Below, piece after piece: positions 8,956 to 17,454 of a stretch of 64,000 nucleotides of DNA. Positions within the stretch are counted from its first letter, which is position 1, and the number at the start of each line of letters is the position of its first letter. The position numbers were made by a program, and so were the translations under genes. The stretch is from positions 142,212 to 206,211 of the forward strand of contig CAYGGE010000001.1 of NCBI GenBank assembly GCA_964349485.1. Reading direction: 5' to 3'. The notes under the pieces were generated by a model that did not search any database, was not told the origin of the DNA, and saw nothing but the letters and a program-made list of their open reading frames with translations. This DNA is from an uncultured Candidatus Saccharibacteria bacterium. Lineage in GTDB: Bacteria > Patescibacteriota > UBA1384 > CAYGGE01.

Positions 8956-10377
8956 CTATTGATGGATGAATACGGGTGTGTCATTTTCCGCCCAACTATA
9001 GACGAACTCAGAGTCACCGGCGCCGAGGCGAATGCAACCATGGCTGACCGGTGTACCAAGGTGATTAGTCCCTTCTTTAACACCATTGGGCCAGTACGGC
9101 AGACCGTGAATGCCATATCCATCGTAAACTCCTTCTGGTGTCTTGAGGCCCATCCAGTTCGGCATGAAGAGTTCAAAGGGTTTCGACCAAGCGGTGGCGA
9201 TATGGTTTTTTATCCTGAACTCACCGATTGGGGTTGGGGTACTCCATTTCCCAGTCGACACAACAAAGCTTTGCTGGTAACTTTCACCCTCAATCAAGTG
9301 CATTCGTTGAGAAGACAGATCAATCTCGACGTAGCGGCCAGGAAATCTCCCGATTTGGTACTCGGGGGTGACGGTGACGATTTTGCGACTGATCACCCGA
9401 GTTTTGAGAGTGATCGACGATTCGAAATTATTCGTCTGTAAACGCTCAAGTATTTGCTTGGTCGCGTCGGGGACATCTAACTCTCGGCCATCTCGACCTT
9501 CTTCGAGCACAACATCGCCCGGGGTTTGGATTCGTCGCATGATCGGTTTGATATCGACTTTTTTAACTATTTTGGTGACTTCTGAACGAATCTTGTCCTC
9601 ATCGAAGTTGACTACTAACACTCCGTCCTTAACTTGGTAGTAGACAAGGGAATAGATTGTCGTTGGTTCGAGGGTAATCGACACTTCTTCGGCGGTCAAA
9701 ACTAGCGGTTTAGTGAGAAGCTTCTTCAATGTCTCAATGGCTGATGTTGCCTGTTTTGGATCATTGATGGTCGGGGTTTCACTTGTATAACTGAGGGCGA
9801 TAATCGCTGTTTTCCCGGGCTGAACCTGACTTTGTATGTCTTGTCGCAATTGCGCCTTATTTAAAACTAAACCGTCCTCCGCTGGATTGACGATGACCTG
9901 GCCGTCTTGGAAATCAATCGATAAATCCTTTGGAGGCTTGATAGTATCTTTACCAATTTCATTCAGGTAACTATCAAAAACACCTTGGTTGACTTCATAG
10001 CGCAGTGGTGTTTGGCGGCCGCCATAATAGCGAAACACTGACTGGATTACTTCCTTCATTGTCGTGCCTCGTCCCACAGCCAAGGCTTCTTTGGCCATCA
10101 GTTTAGTATCGACTTGATAACCAAGCTCTTGGAGAGTCGGCTCATAACGCTTATCTTTGATTGTCAGGACGACTTTCTCTTCAAGCATGGCTTTATGAAT
10201 TGGCTGCAGGCGATCGATGACCTGGTTTTCAGTCATTCCAGCCAGAGGCTGGCTATCGACCCAAACCCCAGGATAGACCTCTCTAGCGTAGGCACGCTCA
10301 AACCACAAAAACCCCCAGATTAGTGCGTTGGCGGCCGTCAGAAAAACGACAAAAGTAAAGATCAGGCGGTGGGTCAT
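8956..10377 (-). CDS. L,D-transpeptidase (YkuD/ErfK domain) with an N-terminal TM anchor and a YoaR/PG-binding-like region
   Basis: C-terminal YGIHGLPYWPNG...GTPVSHGCIRL catalytic His/Cys motif. N-terminal TM helix MTHRLIFTFVVFLTAANALIWGF. Confidence 0.8.
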   Translation of the reverse strand: MTHRLIFTFVVFLTAANALIWGFLWFERAYAREVYPGVWVDSQPLAGMTENQVIDRLQPIHKAMLEEKVVLTIKDKRYEPTLQELGYQVDTKLMAKEALAVGRGTTMKEVIQSVFRYYGGRQTPLRYEVNQGVFDSYLNEIGKDTIKPPKDLSIDFQDGQVIVNPAEDGLVLNKAQLRQDIQSQVQPGKTAIIALSYTSETPTINDPKQATSAIETLKKLLTKPLVLTAEEVSITLEPTTIYSLVYYQVKDGVLVVNFDEDKIRSEVTKIVKKVDIKPIMRRIQTPGDVVLEEGRDGRELDVPDATKQILERLQTNNFESSITLKTRVISRKIVTVTPEYQIGRFPGRYVEIDLSSQRMHLIEGESYQQSFVVSTGKWSTPTPIGEFRIKNHIATAWSKPFELFMPNWMGLKTPEGVYDGYGIHGLPYWPNGVKEGTNHLGTPVSHGCIRLGAGDSEFVYSWAENDTPVFIHQ

Positions 10378-10454
10378 GGACCTATTATATGAGAATTATC
10401 GTGTGTCGAATAGAGGATGTAGAAGGGTATTAAAGGGAATATAGGGATGATATG

Positions 10455-10483
10455 TTGAGTAACATCATGTTTTCCGGTATAAT
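10455..10483 (+). promoter_or_regulatory. Candidate promoter for tRNA-Ile (TTGAGT-17-TATAAT)
   Basis: TTGAGT at 10455-10460, 17-nt spacer, TATAAT at 10478-10483, about 90 nt upstream of the tRNA. Confidence 0.4.
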
Positions 10484-10573
10484 TGACCTGTTCTTTTGTT
10501 GAATGTGTCTGGTAACTGACAATCGAGTACTGAGAGAAAAGGAAACTTCTCATCCTGTGGTCATCGAAGTAAA

Positions 10574-10649
10574 CGGGGCGTAGCTCAGTGGTTAGAGCAA
10601 ACGGCTTATATCCGTTCGGTCGCCGGTTCGAATCCAGCCGCCCCGACCA
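10574..10649 (+). tRNA. tRNA-Ile with the unusual anticodon UAU; 76 nt, CCA encoded
   Basis: Manual cloverleaf: acceptor CGGGGCG/CGCCCCG, D-arm GCTC-AGTGGTTA-GAGC, anticodon stem AACGG/CCGTT, loop CTTATAT (U33, anticodon TAT at 10607-10609, A37), T-arm GCCGG-TTCGAAT-CCAGC, discriminator A, CCA. Confidence 0.75.
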
Positions 10650-10652
10650 AAA

Positions 10653-10676
10653 ATGACCGATAACGGTCATTTTTTA
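10653..10676. terminator. Bidirectional rho-independent terminator between the tRNA-Ile gene and a convergent CDS
   Basis: ATGACCG-ataa-CGGTCAT hairpin followed by TTTTT on the plus strand and TTTT on the minus strand. Confidence 0.6.
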
Positions 10677-11531
10677 TTTATTAATTTGAGTCGGTAAATC
10701 GAGAACAGTAATGATTTGCTGATATTTCATCAGTGTCGCTTGGAGCTTTGTGCGTAAACCAAGAGTTGAGAATTCGGGGTTGCTTTCATCGCCGACAAGA
10801 ACGATAGCGAGTGGTTCGTGCTTTACCTGTTGAACTGCCGCATCACCCCGTGAATCGACCTCGAACAATTGGCCAAAGCCGTGACCTGTTGCAATACCGA
10901 TGGCGACTTCTAACTCTTTATTCATATATTCGGGGTGATTGCCGTAGTAGCGAACTGAACTTTGAAAGGCTTTTGGCAATCCGAGAACGGCTGGATTAAA
11001 GCGCCCGGTACCATCGACAACGATCGCCCGTGCATCATGAAGGGCGTGACTAGCATCAGGGTTATATGGTGCGTGGGTTGGCTCTAAAACCAAATCAGTA
11101 GCCTCGATTAGACGTTTGGCGACTCGTTGGCCTGCCTGTTCCGGGCTAAGGTTCAGGGCTTGATTGGCATTACAGAATGCGGCACAGGCGCCACAAGGAG
11201 CATCTGTCTCACCGTGATAAGTGACAGTCTTGATTTGGTGTCTTTTTAGTTCAGCCGCAAAATCGTCGAACTCGGTTTTGGACATCAAGATACCGCTACC
11301 GGCTACGCCAATCTTTGGATGCTCGGGATCGTTCGACAAAACTCGCTCATCGATACAGGCTACTACTGTTGGTTTTATAACGAAAGCTGTCCTTAATTTT
11401 TCTAAACCATATACCGTTTCCGGTGACTCATCGGCTAATCGCAGTAGATCTTGATAGGCTGGCTCTTGGTCGCGCCATCGCTCTATAGTCTCATGCTCTA
11501 TATTAACTTTTGTTTCATGTGTCTCTTGCAT
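10674..11531 (-). CDS. Hypothetical protein with CxDxR ... HxxxDxxCGA motifs (beta-carbonic-anhydrase-like zinc-site pattern); paralog of 11720-12529
   Basis: The track ORF was trimmed to the ATG at 11529-11531 (MQETHET...), which has a GGAGGT RBS 7 nt upstream. Motifs are VVACIDERV and YHGETDAPCGACAAF. Local GC is above the flanking DNA. Confidence 0.4.
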   Translation of the reverse strand: MQETHETKVNIEHETIERWRDQEPAYQDLLRLADESPETVYGLEKLRTAFVIKPTVVACIDERVLSNDPEHPKIGVAGSGILMSKTEFDDFAAELKRHQIKTVTYHGETDAPCGACAAFCNANQALNLSPEQAGQRVAKRLIEATDLVLEPTHAPYNPDASHALHDARAIVVDGTGRFNPAVLGLPKAFQSSVRYYGNHPEYMNKELEVAIGIATGHGFGQLFEVDSRGDAAVQQVKHEPLAIVLVGDESNPEFSTLGLRTKLQATLMKYQQIITVLDLPTQINK

Positions 11532-11639
11532 TGTGCTACCTCCACTTTGCTCTGTGTGCATGCCCGGTCCTTTTTTCACATTAACTAGATTAGAAAGTAA
11601 TTGTAGATACATTGTAAGAGTTAAGCAAGCCTTAACGGG

Positions 11640-11668
11640 TTGACAGATCGAAATGTATCGCGTAGAAT
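11640..11668 (+). promoter_or_regulatory. Consensus sigma70 promoter (TTGACA-17-TAGAAT) with a direct repeat AATGTATC x2
   Basis: TTGACA at 11640-11645, 17-nt spacer, TAGAAT at 11663-11668. AATGTATC occurs at 11651-11658 and 11665-11672. An AGAGGA RBS and ATG 11720 lie downstream. Confidence 0.6.
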
Positions 11669-11719
11669 GTATCAAGCTCAGACAGGCTGAGTGTTCTACA
11701 GAAGAACAGAGGATATGGG

Positions 11720-12529
11720 ATGAACGCGAACACACCTGATGTTTTAAGGATCATGGGGACCCAAGAGAGCCTGCCCGAAGACGAGCGTGGAAAGACCGAC
11801 AATGTACACGTTGTCGGTGGTGCTGAGCGGATCATCGACCCATCGGCACGGCCGGCGATATTCGAGCTGATCAATCTCGCCGTTCATGCACACGGGATCA
11901 CGGGGGTCGAGTTACTCGGTCCCTGGCGGTTTGCCGACCCAAGACATGTAAACCCCGAAGTGAGCCAGAAGACGAGGCATGATCATTTCAACCGTTGCCT
12001 TAGACGTTCCAGAGAGATTATTGCCGCTCGGTATCCGGGCCTCATCGTCAGCTTCAAGATGGACGAAGAGGTCTTCGCCGAGACTGATTGGTCAGTTGTC
12101 CCCGACGCTCGGCGGATCGAGATCCACTGCATGGACCCTCGCCTCGACAACCAACTTGTCGAAGCGTTTAACCGGGGGTATGTATTGCGGATTCCGGGCG
12201 GGGCGTCTAGCTTCAACCGGCCGAATTTCCGAGACTTCATGCTCTCTGAACTCGCTCGCATCCAGGAAAAGATGGCGCTAGAAAAGCGGGTAATCGAGTC
12301 GATTGTGCTCTGCGACCACTGGGACTGTGCTGCCCTAGACGGCACCGCTCGGACGAAAGAGATGGAGATCGCCAAGCATCAAGGCAATCTTCTGGATGCG
12401 GCTCAAGTGATCCGCTGCCGTTTCGATCTCTTAGGCTGGCAGATACCGGCACTGGGCGGGAGGATATACCATTTCAACGCCCCAGCACAGATATTTGACG
12501 TTTCACTTCGGGGCGAGAAGTCTGTCTAA
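11720..12529 (+). CDS. Hypothetical beta-carbonic-anhydrase-like protein (CxDxR / HxxC motifs); paralog of the divergent gene
   Basis: IEIHCMDPRLD and LCDHWDCAALDG match the beta-CA zinc-ligand motifs, and the C-terminal LGWQIPALGGRIYHF resembles the beta-CA hGWvYdi segment. This is the GC-richest segment of the window, about 57% GC. Confidence 0.4.
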   Translation: MNANTPDVLRIMGTQESLPEDERGKTDNVHVVGGAERIIDPSARPAIFELINLAVHAHGITGVELLGPWRFADPRHVNPEVSQKTRHDHFNRCLRRSREIIAARYPGLIVSFKMDEEVFAETDWSVVPDARRIEIHCMDPRLDNQLVEAFNRGYVLRIPGGASSFNRPNFRDFMLSELARIQEKMALEKRVIESIVLCDHWDCAALDGTARTKEMEIAKHQGNLLDAAQVIRCRFDLLGWQIPALGGRIYHFNAPAQIFDVSLRGEKSV

Positions 12530-12555
12530 GTCGAAACAACAAAGTAAATAGCGAA

Positions 12556-12590
12556 GAGACCACGGACAGCAGTCGTGGTCTCTTGCATTT
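12556..12590 (+). terminator. Candidate intrinsic terminator after the beta-CA-like gene
   Basis: GAGACCACG-gacagcagt-CGTGGTCTC 9-bp stem followed by a T-rich tract TTGCATTT. Confidence 0.4.
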
Positions 12591-12662
12591 CAAGGAATAA
12601 AGTATTTTCGAAAACGACCGTACAATGTGTAGTTATCCACAGGCTTGTCTCTAAACATGTCA

Positions 12663-12690
12663 TTGACAGCGTATGCGCCTGTGATAGTGT
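12663..12690 (+). promoter_or_regulatory. Candidate promoter (TTGACA-16-TAGTGT) giving a ~245-nt 5' UTR for the LTD surface-protein gene
   Basis: TTGACA at 12663-12668 and TAGTGT at 12685-12690. GGAGG RBS lies upstream of ATG 12938. Confidence 0.35.
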
Positions 12691-12937
12691 AGGTATATGC
12701 GATTCATGGTCTCGAAGCGCTAGTCCGCCGTCTGGTGGGTTAGGGCAACGTAGGGAGCATGGGTACTCTAGACATTTTACGACAGTATGGACTGTCTCGG
12801 GGTGATCATCGTTCTCGATGCGCCTTAACTGCTAAAGAGGGCTAACTGAATGCATAGAAACGGCTATGTACTTGTTTTCTGTGTACCCAAATAGTTCTTA
12901 ACCTATTTATTTACGCGGTTTATTCTGGAGGCTTAAT

Positions 12938-15073
12938 ATGCACGTATTTCGTCAATCGCTCGCCAAATTACTGACCGTTGCTGTCGTGGTTCAAACGGTA
13001 ATCGGTGCTCTATTTCTTTACGCCCCACATGCCGCAGCTTCGGCTCCGGCTAGCTATGTCGTCATCAGTGAGGTCAAAACTAATGGTGCTGGTGACGATG
13101 AGTTTGTCGAGCTTTACAATCCGACCGGATCTGCTGTGACTATGTCAGGCTGGCGTCTCACCCGTATGAATAGCACAGGCACCGAGGCTAATCTGGTTGC
13201 TACTTTGAGTGGTACGATCCCAGCCTATGGTTATTTCCTTATTACCCACCCAACAAGCTACACTGGTGCAACGGCCGCCGATACAGTCTATTCCGCTCCC
13301 TCCAATGCGCTGACTAACAATTACACAGTTCTCTTGTATAGCGATGCTGGCGTGACCCGCGTCGACAAGGTAGGTTTCGGTTCCGCTGTCGATTTTGAGG
13401 GCGCGGCCTTTACGACATCACCAGGCCTCACGGAGAGTATCGAACGCTTGCCCGGAGCGAACTTCCCTTCACAGGGTAATGGTGTCGATACGAATAACAA
13501 TAGCCGCGACTTTGCCACCAGAAATACACCAGAACCTCAAAACAGTACGATGACTGAAAACCCCATGGCACCGGCCGCCGCTATTGGACTTGTGGCGTTG
13601 GATACTCCAAATGATAACGGGGGAAGCCTGACTCTGACATGGACCAAGTCAACTGACGATGGGGCTGGAAAAAATAATGTCACCGCCTACAATATTTGGC
13701 GTTCAGCCGCCGCCGCTGGTCCATTCACCCAGATTGATTCGGTAGCTAATGGCGTTACTACCTACATCGACATGACTGCAACGACCGGTAGTGCGTTCTA
13801 TTATCAAATTGAAGCGATCGACGGTGGCTATTCAACAGCCTCAGCGGTCAGCGCGGCAGCAACGTCCGTTGATAATCTAGGTCCAGTCATCAGTAATCTT
13901 CTGCCAACCGACAATTCGGCAGTAGCAAATCATCTGCCAACGGCAAGCGCGACCATCGCCGATTCCGGAACAGGCATAAACTTAGTCACAACAGTTCTCT
14001 ATCTCGACGACGTTCAGGTCGATGACTATACCGACAGCCTACTTGCATACACTACCCCTGTCGCCCTGACACAAGGTAACCATCGTGTCCGAGTCGTCGC
14101 CTTTGACATGGCTGGCAACATGACCCAGCAGAGCGCAAGCTTCATGGTTGATAACACGGCGCCGACCGCTGCCTTAACGATCGTTAAGTCTGCTCCAATA
14201 ACCACCACTCGAATCGTAAGTATCAGGATCGATGCCAGCGACAGCGGCTCAGGTATCGCTATGATGCGGGTGGGCTTTGACGGTAATGTCGATAACAAAG
14301 CTTGGGTAACCTTCGAGTCGGAATTAACCGGTGAGTTACCTGACTTCGATGGCGATCATGTCGTGGCAATCCAATTGCGCGACAAGGCTGGCAATATGTC
14401 CACCGTAGTTAAGGCTATGACGACGCTCGACCGAAGTTTAGTCAGTGCGCCAAGCGGGATCAATATCAATATGGTGACAGCCGAAGATGGTAAAGGGATT
14501 GCCACCATGACCTGGGACGTTGTTCCTAATGCAACCTATTACGTGATCCGCTACACTGACGGTACGGTCTTGTATGGGCCGTTCATGACCGGTGATCTGG
14601 CTTTTGTGGCCGGTGGACTAGAACAAGGTAAGACTTATACCTTTGAGATTGCTTCAGTTAATCGGGCTGGTACGGTTAGTAGTTTTACTTCTGCTATTGA
14701 CCGAACTGTGGTGATCGTTCCCGCTTCGGTATCTACATCTACCGAGTCACCAGCCCGGGTTGGCCGATTGGTAAACGGACAGCTCGTCTTTGGCGGTCCT
14801 GATGAGCTTGTTGCTCTTGAAGAATCGGCAGTGGTTGGACCACAACTGCGAGCTAAAAAAGCCCCAACGCCCCAAGCGACGATTAGTCCAACCCCAGCAC
14901 CAGAGATTAAGGGTGGCGAAACCAGCAATTCGCGAGACTGGACACGAGTTATCGTTGCCCTCTCTCTGCTGATAATCGCGGCTGGAGTCGCGACTGGTGG
15001 CTGGTATCTCTATCAATGGTGGTCAAGCCGTCCTGTTGATCCGAAAGAAAAAGGTAAGGGCGGTCGCTGGTAA
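12938..15073 (+). CDS. Cell-surface protein: signal peptide, lamin-tail domain (LTD), FN3 and Ig-like domains, Pro-rich linker, C-terminal TM anchor with basic tail
   Basis: YVVISEVKTNGAGDDEFVELYNPTGSAVTMSGWRL is an LTD signature. FN3-like WTKSTDDGAGKNNVTAYNIW...YYQIEAIDGGY follows. The C-terminus is WTRVIVALSLLIIAAGVATGGWYLYQWW + SRPVDPKEKGKGGRW. Confidence 0.75.
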   Translation: MHVFRQSLAKLLTVAVVVQTVIGALFLYAPHAAASAPASYVVISEVKTNGAGDDEFVELYNPTGSAVTMSGWRLTRMNSTGTEANLVATLSGTIPAYGYFLITHPTSYTGATAADTVYSAPSNALTNNYTVLLYSDAGVTRVDKVGFGSAVDFEGAAFTTSPGLTESIERLPGANFPSQGNGVDTNNNSRDFATRNTPEPQNSTMTENPMAPAAAIGLVALDTPNDNGGSLTLTWTKSTDDGAGKNNVTAYNIWRSAAAAGPFTQIDSVANGVTTYIDMTATTGSAFYYQIEAIDGGYSTASAVSAAATSVDNLGPVISNLLPTDNSAVANHLPTASATIADSGTGINLVTTVLYLDDVQVDDYTDSLLAYTTPVALTQGNHRVRVVAFDMAGNMTQQSASFMVDNTAPTAALTIVKSAPITTTRIVSIRIDASDSGSGIAMMRVGFDGNVDNKAWVTFESELTGELPDFDGDHVVAIQLRDKAGNMSTVVKAMTTLDRSLVSAPSGININMVTAEDGKGIATMTWDVVPNATYYVIRYTDGTVLYGPFMTGDLAFVAGGLEQGKTYTFEIASVNRAGTVSSFTSAIDRTVVIVPASVSTSTESPARVGRLVNGQLVFGGPDELVALEESAVVGPQLRAKKAPTPQATISPTPAPEIKGGETSNSRDWTRVIVALSLLIIAAGVATGGWYLYQWWSSRPVDPKEKGKGGRW

Positions 15074-15092
15074 TATCTTAATACATAAAAAA

Positions 15093-15125
15093 GGTCTCAC
15101 CCTTCAAAAAGGTGAGACCTTTTTT
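15093..15125 (+). terminator. Rho-independent terminator
   Basis: GGTCTCACC-cttcaaaaa-GGTGAGACC perfect 9-bp stem followed by TTTTTT. Confidence 0.75.
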
Positions 15126-15165
15126 GATATCTGACGACGCTAGCTTTTCTTGTTATAATAGACCC

Positions 15166-15570
15166 ATGAAGATACCCAGTCGACAGGCCGTAGGACTGTT
15201 TCTCAAAAGAACCACTGAAAAGTTGGTTATCTTATTAATTATTGTCTACATCGGTTTCTCGGTTTCTCGCTCAGTGATGAAGAATTATGAGATTAACCAG
15301 CACATTGCTGATCTTGAAAAGCAGATTCTGGAGCTAAAAGATCAGGAACAGTATCTTCGTAACCTTATTGCCTATTACAAGACCGATACATTTAAAGAGC
15401 TAAAAGCCAGAGAGGATTTGGGTTTTAAAAAACCGGGCGAAACTGTCCTCTCGGTCGCAGTTGATCCGGAAGATGTCCCACTCGGTGGCACCAACCAATT
15501 TAGCCCAAAAAAAGAGCCTAAGAAAGTCATTCCGAACTATCAGAAATGGTACCAGTATTTCTTTAGTTAG
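15166..15570 (+). CDS. ftsB: Septum formation initiator FtsB/DivIC-like (single TM plus coiled coil)
   Basis: The track ORF start at 15112 lies inside the terminator hairpin, so the real start is taken as ATG 15166 (MKIPSRQ). TM helix LVILLIIVYIGFSV, coiled coil EINQHIADLEKQILELKDQEQYLRNL, and KAREDLGFKKPGETV (FtsB/DivIC signature). TATAAT at 15151-15156 sits about 9 nt upstream, so the transcript may be leaderless. Confidence 0.6.
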   Translation: MKIPSRQAVGLFLKRTTEKLVILLIIVYIGFSVSRSVMKNYEINQHIADLEKQILELKDQEQYLRNLIAYYKTDTFKELKAREDLGFKKPGETVLSVAVDPEDVPLGGTNQFSPKKEPKKVIPNYQKWYQYFFS

Positions 15571-15586
15571 CTTCTCACAGCCAATA

Positions 15587-15612
15587 ACGAACACCGGCCT
15601 CCTCTGCCGAGG
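15587..15612. terminator. GC-rich hairpin between convergent ftsB-like and plsC-like genes
   Basis: CCGGCCTCCTC-tgcc-GAGGGGGCCGG is an 11-bp stem with one G·U pair. It is not followed by a strong U-run on either strand. Confidence 0.35.
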
Positions 15613-15628
15613 GGGCCGGTCAGTGTTC

Positions 15629-16309
15629 TTAGGCTACTAACTCGTCTTTCGTGTGGGAAGTAGATGGCTCCTGGTGCGCCAGCTCACAGACAATAGCCTC
15701 AATTCGATTCGCCAGGTCTCTCGACTTTGCGAACTGATCAGGCTTGATCGGACTTCCGAACTCAAGACTGACGAACCCTGGCAACGGGAAGGCGCGACCT
15801 TTGGGCCATACCCAGTAAGTCCCCCGGATGCCAACCGGGATTACCGTTGTGCCGGTTCGTTTTGCCATGACTGCCGCTCCAGGCTTGAACGGCTTAACCT
15901 TGCCGTCAGGGCTTCTAGTCCCTTCGGGTAGTAGCACGAGCGCATCACCAGCTTTCAGATGCGCAATCATGTCGCTTTGCGCTTGACGATTGGTGGCATC
16001 AGTGCCGTCGGTTACGACTGGTACACAGCCGCAACCCTCAAGAACCTTGGCCATAAGTCGGTTTCGGCCCAGACTAGCCCGAGCAGCGAAACAGACGTGG
16101 CGGGAACGGATAAATCCGCCGAGTAACATCACATCGACGTAGGACATATGATTCGCGGCAATGATCACTGCACCCTCAGTCGGAACGTTTTCTAGTCCCC
16201 TAATTCGAATCCCTAAAGGACCGAAGCAGTAGAACCAGCAGAACAGCCTAGCGCCGAAACTCGACCACCAATAGGTGGTTGTAACTGCTGTCACAATCGT
16301 TTTTTCCAT
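15629..16309 (-). CDS. plsC: 1-acyl-sn-glycerol-3-phosphate acyltransferase family (PlsC/LPLAT; OlsA-like)
   Basis: IIAANHMSYVDVM (HX4D motif), LLPEGTRS motif, N-terminal TM. GAGGTG RBS upstream. Confidence 0.8.
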   Translation of the reverse strand: MEKTIVTAVTTTYWWSSFGARLFCWFYCFGPLGIRIRGLENVPTEGAVIIAANHMSYVDVMLLGGFIRSRHVCFAARASLGRNRLMAKVLEGCGCVPVVTDGTDATNRQAQSDMIAHLKAGDALVLLPEGTRSPDGKVKPFKPGAAVMAKRTGTTVIPVGIRGTYWVWPKGRAFPLPGFVSLEFGSPIKPDQFAKSRDLANRIEAIVCELAHQEPSTSHTKDELVA

Positions 16310-16428
16310 GCTGTCACCTCAGTCGAGCGGTCGACCAAAAATGGGCTCATTCGAACCGAGGCAAGTATACCCTACTTTATGTAAAAAGTCATCATCCCGA
16401 TCACTGTTCGGGCGATGTGACCGATTGA

Positions 16429-17454
16429 TTAGTGCGGGTTGGGACGGTCTTGGTCGCTGTCGGCTTTGGTGAGGTAGAAGTCTTGTAGCGGGACGTCGAG
16501 ATCGTAGGCGATGTTAATGACAAATTTGTTATATGACAGCGGGCTGAAGCGGATGGGGAACTGCTCAAAGTCTGTACTCTTCACATTGAAAAAACCAGAT
16601 TCAGTTAATGACTGATGATACTGCCTGTGGGAGAATAGGAAGTCAGCGGCATGGGCACCGTCGGTATGGGCAGATCTTAAAAATGATTGGAGTAAGTGGG
16701 TTTGAGTTCTTTCTGTCGCCACGAAATCGATAATTCGGGCGATGCGGAAGCCGTCAGCCTCCTCGACTCGATAAACGAGATAGCCTGCAAGCTGCTGGGC
16801 ATCGTACACTGCCAGTGTCTCGTAGCTCAAGTGGGGATGGTCCGTAAATCGTGAATTAAGATACTGTTTGCTACGTTCAATAGTGACTTTGTACCGCGAA
16901 CGAATGGTTCGCCAGAACGTGTCAAATTCTAACGAGAAATTATCGATTCTTTTAACAATCAACTGATCTTTGGTAGCTGATGCTGGCTCGCTAGTCGGTA
17001 CTTTGAACTTATACATGAGCGGATGAGGTTTGAGTATGGCGAAGAAGCGAGTCAGATCGCCTGCTTCACGCCAATGTGCACGCACATGGGAATAAAGGCG
17101 CAAGGCGGCATCGTTGTAGCTTAGGACGATGATTGGGTTAGGCGTATAGAACACTGAGCGGGCGAGTAATGGACCGATGCCAGCTAGCCGATATTCTGCG
17201 GCGACGAAGAGGTTCATCACTGCTCGTATGGTTTTGGTCTCAGCGTAAACTTTGTACAAAAAATCTTCGTAGCCGAAAAAACCAACGATCTTATTGTGGT
17301 GCTTGGCCAGCATCAGGACTCCGCTTCCAGTATATTGCCACTTCAGGAAAGCTTCATCGGCTAGAATATACTTCGGGTGAAAGGAGGTCCGAGCAAAACT
17401 GGCAAATGCCGGGTAATCAGCTGGCGTATATGGGCTAATTGTAATACCTTCCAT
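16429..17454 (-). CDS. GNAT-fold N-acyltransferase (FemAB/BioF2/OlsB-like), putative
   Basis: 341 aa in two GNAT-like halves, with composition like FemAB/OlsB-type acyl-ACP-dependent N-acyltransferases. TAATG-coupled to the upstream SDR gene. Confidence 0.4.
   Translation of the reverse strand: MEGITISPYTPADYPAFASFARTSFHPKYILADEAFLKWQYTGSGVLMLAKHHNKIVGFFGYEDFLYKVYAETKTIRAVMNLFVAAEYRLAGIGPLLARSVFYTPNPIIVLSYNDAALRLYSHVRAHWREAGDLTRFFAILKPHPLMYKFKVPTSEPASATKDQLIVKRIDNFSLEFDTFWRTIRSRYKVTIERSKQYLNSRFTDHPHLSYETLAVYDAQQLAGYLVYRVEEADGFRIARIIDFVATERTQTHLLQSFLRSAHTDGAHAADFLFSHRQYHQSLTESGFFNVKSTDFEQFPIRFSPLSYNKFVINIAYDLDVPLQDFYLTKADSDQDRPNPH

Noticed and set aside
10674-11735. Full-length 353-aa version of the minus-strand beta-CA-like ORF
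   Set aside because: The first 68 codons run through the divergent promoter region of the neighbouring gene. The internal ATG at 11531 has a GGAGGT RBS at the right spacing, so the shorter protein is preferred.
15112-15165. Upstream start at 15112 for the FtsB-like ORF
   Set aside because: That start lies within the stem of the strong terminator at 15093-15125. The ATG at 15166 gives the expected TM plus coiled-coil FtsB architecture.
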